Shown piece by piece: positions 60,825-64,000 of a stretch of 64,000 nucleotides of DNA. Both the position numbers and the translations under genes were made by a program. The notes under the pieces are model-generated. The model made no database searches. It worked only from the letters and a program-made list of their open reading frames with translations, and was not told where the DNA came from. Numbering within the stretch: position 1 is the first letter of the stretch; each line of letters starts with the position of its first letter. The DNA is from Bacteroidota bacterium (GTDB taxonomy: Bacteria; Bacteroidota; Bacteroidia; Chitinophagales; Chitinophagaceae): positions 4,194-68,193 of the forward strand of contig JAFEAB010000058.1 in NCBI GenBank assembly GCA_018266615.1. The letters are read 5' to 3'.

Positions 60825-62201
60825 ATGCTTTTTAATTCAATTGAATTCCTGGTATTTTTCCCCCTTGTTACGCTTTTGTACTTCCTGGTACCCAAAAAAC
60901 TGAGGTGGCTGCACCTGCTTATCGCCTCCTGCATTTTTTATGGCGCTTTTATCCCCTCCTATTTATTTATTCTTTTTGGGTTGATTTGTATTGATTACAG
61001 TGCGGGGTTATTCATATCCCATGGGAAAAATAAGAAGGCCTGGCTTATCCTGAGCATCATTGCCAACTTGCTTTTATTAGGCCTATTCAAGTATCACGAC
61101 TTTTTCATTTCCAATGTGAACCGGCTGACAGGGACCGATTTCATTTTATTTCATTGGATACTCCCCATTGGACTTTCATTCCATACGTTTCAATCGATGA
61201 GTTATACCATTGAAGTGTACAGGGGAAAGCAAAAAGCGATTACTCATCCGGGTTACTATGCGTTATACGTAATGTTTTATCCGCAATTAGTGGCAGGCCC
61301 TATCGAAAGGCCACAACATTTATTTCCGCAACTATTTCATCCGAAAGATTTTTCCTCTACCAACCTTCTTTCCGGACTCAGGCTAATGGCCTGGGGTTTT
61401 TTTAAGAAAGTTGTAGTAGCCGACAGGCTGGCAATTTACGTGGATGGCACCTTTAACAGCTCCGACCACAGTGGGATATCCTCATTGCTGGCCATCCTAT
61501 TTTTCAGTTTCCAGATCTATGCCGATTTTTCGGGGTATTCCGATATTGCCATTGGCGCAGCAAAGTGTATGGGAATAAACCTCACTCTAAATTTCAATCG
61601 ACCCTATTTCTCCAAAAATATCGGAGAATTCTGGCAACGGTGGCATATCTCTTTATCCAACTGGTTCCGCGATTATGTGTATATCCCCTTAGGCGGAAAT
61701 AAAGTCAGCAAAGTAAAATGGGTTTCCAACATACTGGTTACATTTTTCCTAAGTGGGTTTTGGCACGGCGCCGGCTGGACCTTTATAACCTGGGGTTTAT
61801 TGCATGCTGTTTACCTTATCGGCTACAGACTCTTTTTTCAAAATTCCGGTAACCCATTACCGAAATACCTCTCCATAATCCTTTGTTTTTTAGCGGTAAC
61901 CTTTGCCTGGACTTTTTTTAGGGCTAACTCCATGCTGCAGGTGGCAGATATGCTTCAATCTTTATTTTCCTGGAGTGAGGGTGGTTGGCAGATAGTGGGT
62001 ATAAAATTTGGCAATTTTACTCTGGCCTTAAGCTTTGGATTTATCCTTTTAATGCTTTCTATTGAGGCAGTGGTTACGCCCTTAATGCTTGAAATGAACG
62101 CTAGGAAGTGGGCCGATATGACTTTTCTTACCGCCCTCACCGTCCTCATTATTTTTTTTGGGATATTCAGGAACAATAGTTTTATTTATTTCCAGTTCTG
62201 A
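60825..62201 (+). CDS. MBOAT-family O-acyltransferase (AlgI/DltB-like)
   Basis: MLFNSIEFLVFFP.. N-terminus. I prefer the ATG at 60825 over the track start at 60744. Conserved FWQRWHISLSNWFRDYVYIPLGG contains the catalytic His. Confidence 0.9.
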   Translation: MLFNSIEFLVFFPLVTLLYFLVPKKLRWLHLLIASCIFYGAFIPSYLFILFGLICIDYSAGLFISHGKNKKAWLILSIIANLLLLGLFKYHDFFISNVNRLTGTDFILFHWILPIGLSFHTFQSMSYTIEVYRGKQKAITHPGYYALYVMFYPQLVAGPIERPQHLFPQLFHPKDFSSTNLLSGLRLMAWGFFKKVVVADRLAIYVDGTFNSSDHSGISSLLAILFFSFQIYADFSGYSDIAIGAAKCMGINLTLNFNRPYFSKNIGEFWQRWHISLSNWFRDYVYIPLGGNKVSKVKWVSNILVTFFLSGFWHGAGWTFITWGLLHAVYLIGYRLFFQNSGNPLPKYLSIILCFLAVTFAWTFFRANSMLQVADMLQSLFSWSEGGWQIVGIKFGNFTLALSFGFILLMLSIEAVVTPLMLEMNARKWADMTFLTALTVLIIFFGIFRNNSFIYFQF

Positions 62202-63148
62202 TGAAATTATATCGTTTCATACTGCCCCTCCTTTCTTCGCTTCTCCTGGCTTATGCAATTGGAGTATGGATGGATTTTCGTTACCGCGAAAGATGGAGCT
62301 CCCTGTTTTTTAATATGTCGGATGAATTAATATCAAGCCATACTAAATATGACATGATATTGTTAGGGAACTCCAGGGTGCACTTTGGCATTAACCCATA
62401 TTATTTGGATTCGGCAAGTGGCCTCAGTGCCTATAATTTCGCCAATGGCGGTGCCGATGTAAATGATATCCTTCTCACATCCAAACTCTATTTAGAACAT
62501 CATCCCAAGCCCAAAATAGTTTTAATTTCAGTGGATCCAGGAATGCTTAAGAAAATGGAAAGTCTTCAAACGCTTTATCATTATTTATTTTACCTGAAGG
62601 ATACAACTATGCGCCGGTTTATGAAAGATGCCGGCCATCCGGTTACGCTTATTCGCCTGTTCCCTTTTCTGAAATATGCGTTGATGAATGAATACAACCG
62701 GACATCCATTTTTGTGAAGCCTCCAAACTATCCGGTATTTGATCATAATATATACCGGGGTTACCTGAATATCAGTAAAGATACAGGGATCCAAAACCAG
62801 GATCTCTTTAATACAAATCGTTATATTGATGATAGCATTTGGGAGCCCTCCATTGGTCAGTTTGATGAATTAATTAATCTGTGGCAAAAAAATGCTGTGC
62901 AGGTTATTTTTACCTATCCACCCGAGAATCCCAATTCCCCCTTTAAATCCTGGAAGTATTATATTAAAGGGATGGGGATATTTGATTCCCTGGCAAAATC
63001 AAATCATATCCCGGCCTTCCATTTCGAAAACGACAAGGATTTTGTAAGCGGTTACTTCGTAGATGAAATCCATTTAAATAATCCCGGCGCCACTTTATAT
63101 TCTATTAAATTGGGAGATTCTATTCGAAGATTTATGGGGTCAGATTGA
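62201..63148 (+). CDS. Putative MBOAT partner protein (DltD/AlgX/DUF1574-like, SGNH-like)
   Basis: N-terminal TM anchor and ILLGNSRVHFGINP (an SGNH block-I-like GNS). Start is coupled to the MBOAT stop (ATGA overlap). Confidence 0.45.
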   Translation: MKLYRFILPLLSSLLLAYAIGVWMDFRYRERWSSLFFNMSDELISSHTKYDMILLGNSRVHFGINPYYLDSASGLSAYNFANGGADVNDILLTSKLYLEHHPKPKIVLISVDPGMLKKMESLQTLYHYLFYLKDTTMRRFMKDAGHPVTLIRLFPFLKYALMNEYNRTSIFVKPPNYPVFDHNIYRGYLNISKDTGIQNQDLFNTNRYIDDSIWEPSIGQFDELINLWQKNAVQVIFTYPPENPNSPFKSWKYYIKGMGIFDSLAKSNHIPAFHFENDKDFVSGYFVDEIHLNNPGATLYSIKLGDSIRRFMGSD

Positions 63149-64000
63149 TTTCCCTTTCATTGCAGATGCCACGGCTTCGTCCATAATCCGTTCTGCATAG
63201 GGTTTTGAAATCTCATTTAATGCGGTATGTTTTTCCAATATCAGGTTTTTATCTTCCATAGTCAGGGAGAGTTGCAAAGCCTGCATAGCATGGGCGGTAT
63301 CCAGCAATTCCTGATGAGTTAAATGAGCAGAATTTTTCTGAAGAAACCTTTCTGTTGTTTTCAATAATTGCTCTCCTTCATTCCGGGCTTCACCCAAGGC
63401 CCGCGCCTGTATATCAGATTCGGCATGGGTGATGGAATCTGATAGCATGCGTTCTACGTCTGCATCAGTTAACCCGTATTGCGGTTTTACTTCAATAGAT
63501 TGCTCCACCCCACTGCGAAGTTCCTTTGCCCGCACTGTAAGAATTCCATCTGCATCAATCATAAAACTGATTTCAACTTTGGCCAAACCGGCTGGCATAC
63601 CGGGGATACCACTTAAGATAAACTCGGCCAGTTTCCGGTTATGTTGAACAAGGTCTCTTTCGCCCTGAAAAACGGATATGCGCATTCCGGCTTGTCCATC
63701 CACCTGAGTGGTATATTGTCTGGCTGCCCTCGTAGGAATTTTTGAATTTCGGGGAATGAGTACATCCATTAACCCTCCGGAGGTTTCAATACCCAAACTA
63801 AGCGGGGTAATATCCAGCAACAAAAAATCGCGGTTGTTTCCTGCCAGGATATCGGCCTGAATGGCTGCTCCAAGCGCAACCACCTCATCCGGATTTAAAG
63901 AATCGTTTACTTCCCTGCCAAAAAAACCGGTTACCGCCTTCTTTACATAAGGAACCCTTGTACTACCCCCCACCATTACAATGGCATCAATTTCCGTAAT
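63140..64000 (-). CDS. hscA: Hsp70-type Fe-S cluster assembly chaperone HscA, C-terminal part (gene continues past the window end)
   Basis: ..VGGSTRVPYVKKAVTGFFGREVNDSLNPDEVVALGAAIQADILAG.. and the substrate-binding/lid domains. The frame is open to position 64000. Confidence 0.85.
   Translation of the reverse strand: MTEIDAIVMVGGSTRVPYVKKAVTGFFGREVNDSLNPDEVVALGAAIQADILAGNNRDFLLLDITPLSLGIETSGGLMDVLIPRNSKIPTRAARQYTTQVDGQAGMRISVFQGERDLVQHNRKLAEFILSGIPGMPAGLAKVEISFMIDADGILTVRAKELRSGVEQSIEVKPQYGLTDADVERMLSDSITHAESDIQARALGEARNEGEQLLKTTERFLQKNSAHLTHQELLDTAHAMQALQLSLTMEDKNLILEKHTALNEISKPYAERIMDEAVASAMKGKSI

Overview
This window is chromosomal DNA from a Bacteroidota-type genome. The phylum call rests on a T9SS C-terminal sorting domain, GLPGLI-family genes, an OmpH/Skp-like gene and TTTG-N19-TAnnTTT promoter-like motifs. 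Most genes lie on the minus strand. The backbone is the conserved translation/transcription region, read in the minus-strand sense: tRNA-Thr, tRNA-Tyr, tRNA-Gly, tRNA-Thr, tuf, tRNA-Trp, secE, nusG, rplK-rplA-rplJ-rplL, rpoB-rpoC. Housekeeping and envelope genes flank it: a LytTR two-component pair, a giant T9SS cargo protein, a secreted nuclease, an M1 peptidase, ispD, an APC permease, hpf, a Xer-type recombinase, rpsU, ribE, a glycopolymer-modification cluster and hscA. The conserved cluster is interrupted twice. (1) About 11.7 kb sits between nusG and rplK (38823-50502). It carries DUF4920, an LtaS/sulfatase-like enzyme, four tandem copies of a two-gene cassette, a plug/beta-barrel OMP gene, and a spacer-less array of 20 x 28 bp. 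Each cassette pairs an unassigned 6-Cys secreted mini-protein with a GLPGLI-family protein. (2) About 3.3 kb sits between rplL and rpoB (33173-36504). It holds an AT-rich TlpA-like thioredoxin-fold gene and a decayed gene remnant, bracketed by 168-bp direct repeats. A dispersed repeat of about 85 bp occurs seven times, always in the same orientation. It combines a Bacteroidota-type promoter-like motif with a GC hairpin. Six of the seven copies lie upstream of minus-strand genes, including the rpoB and rplK fragments of the split operon. The mini-protein/GLPGLI/OMP array is my best candidate for an undescribed system. All calls come from reading the sequence and ORF translations by eye. No database search was run.
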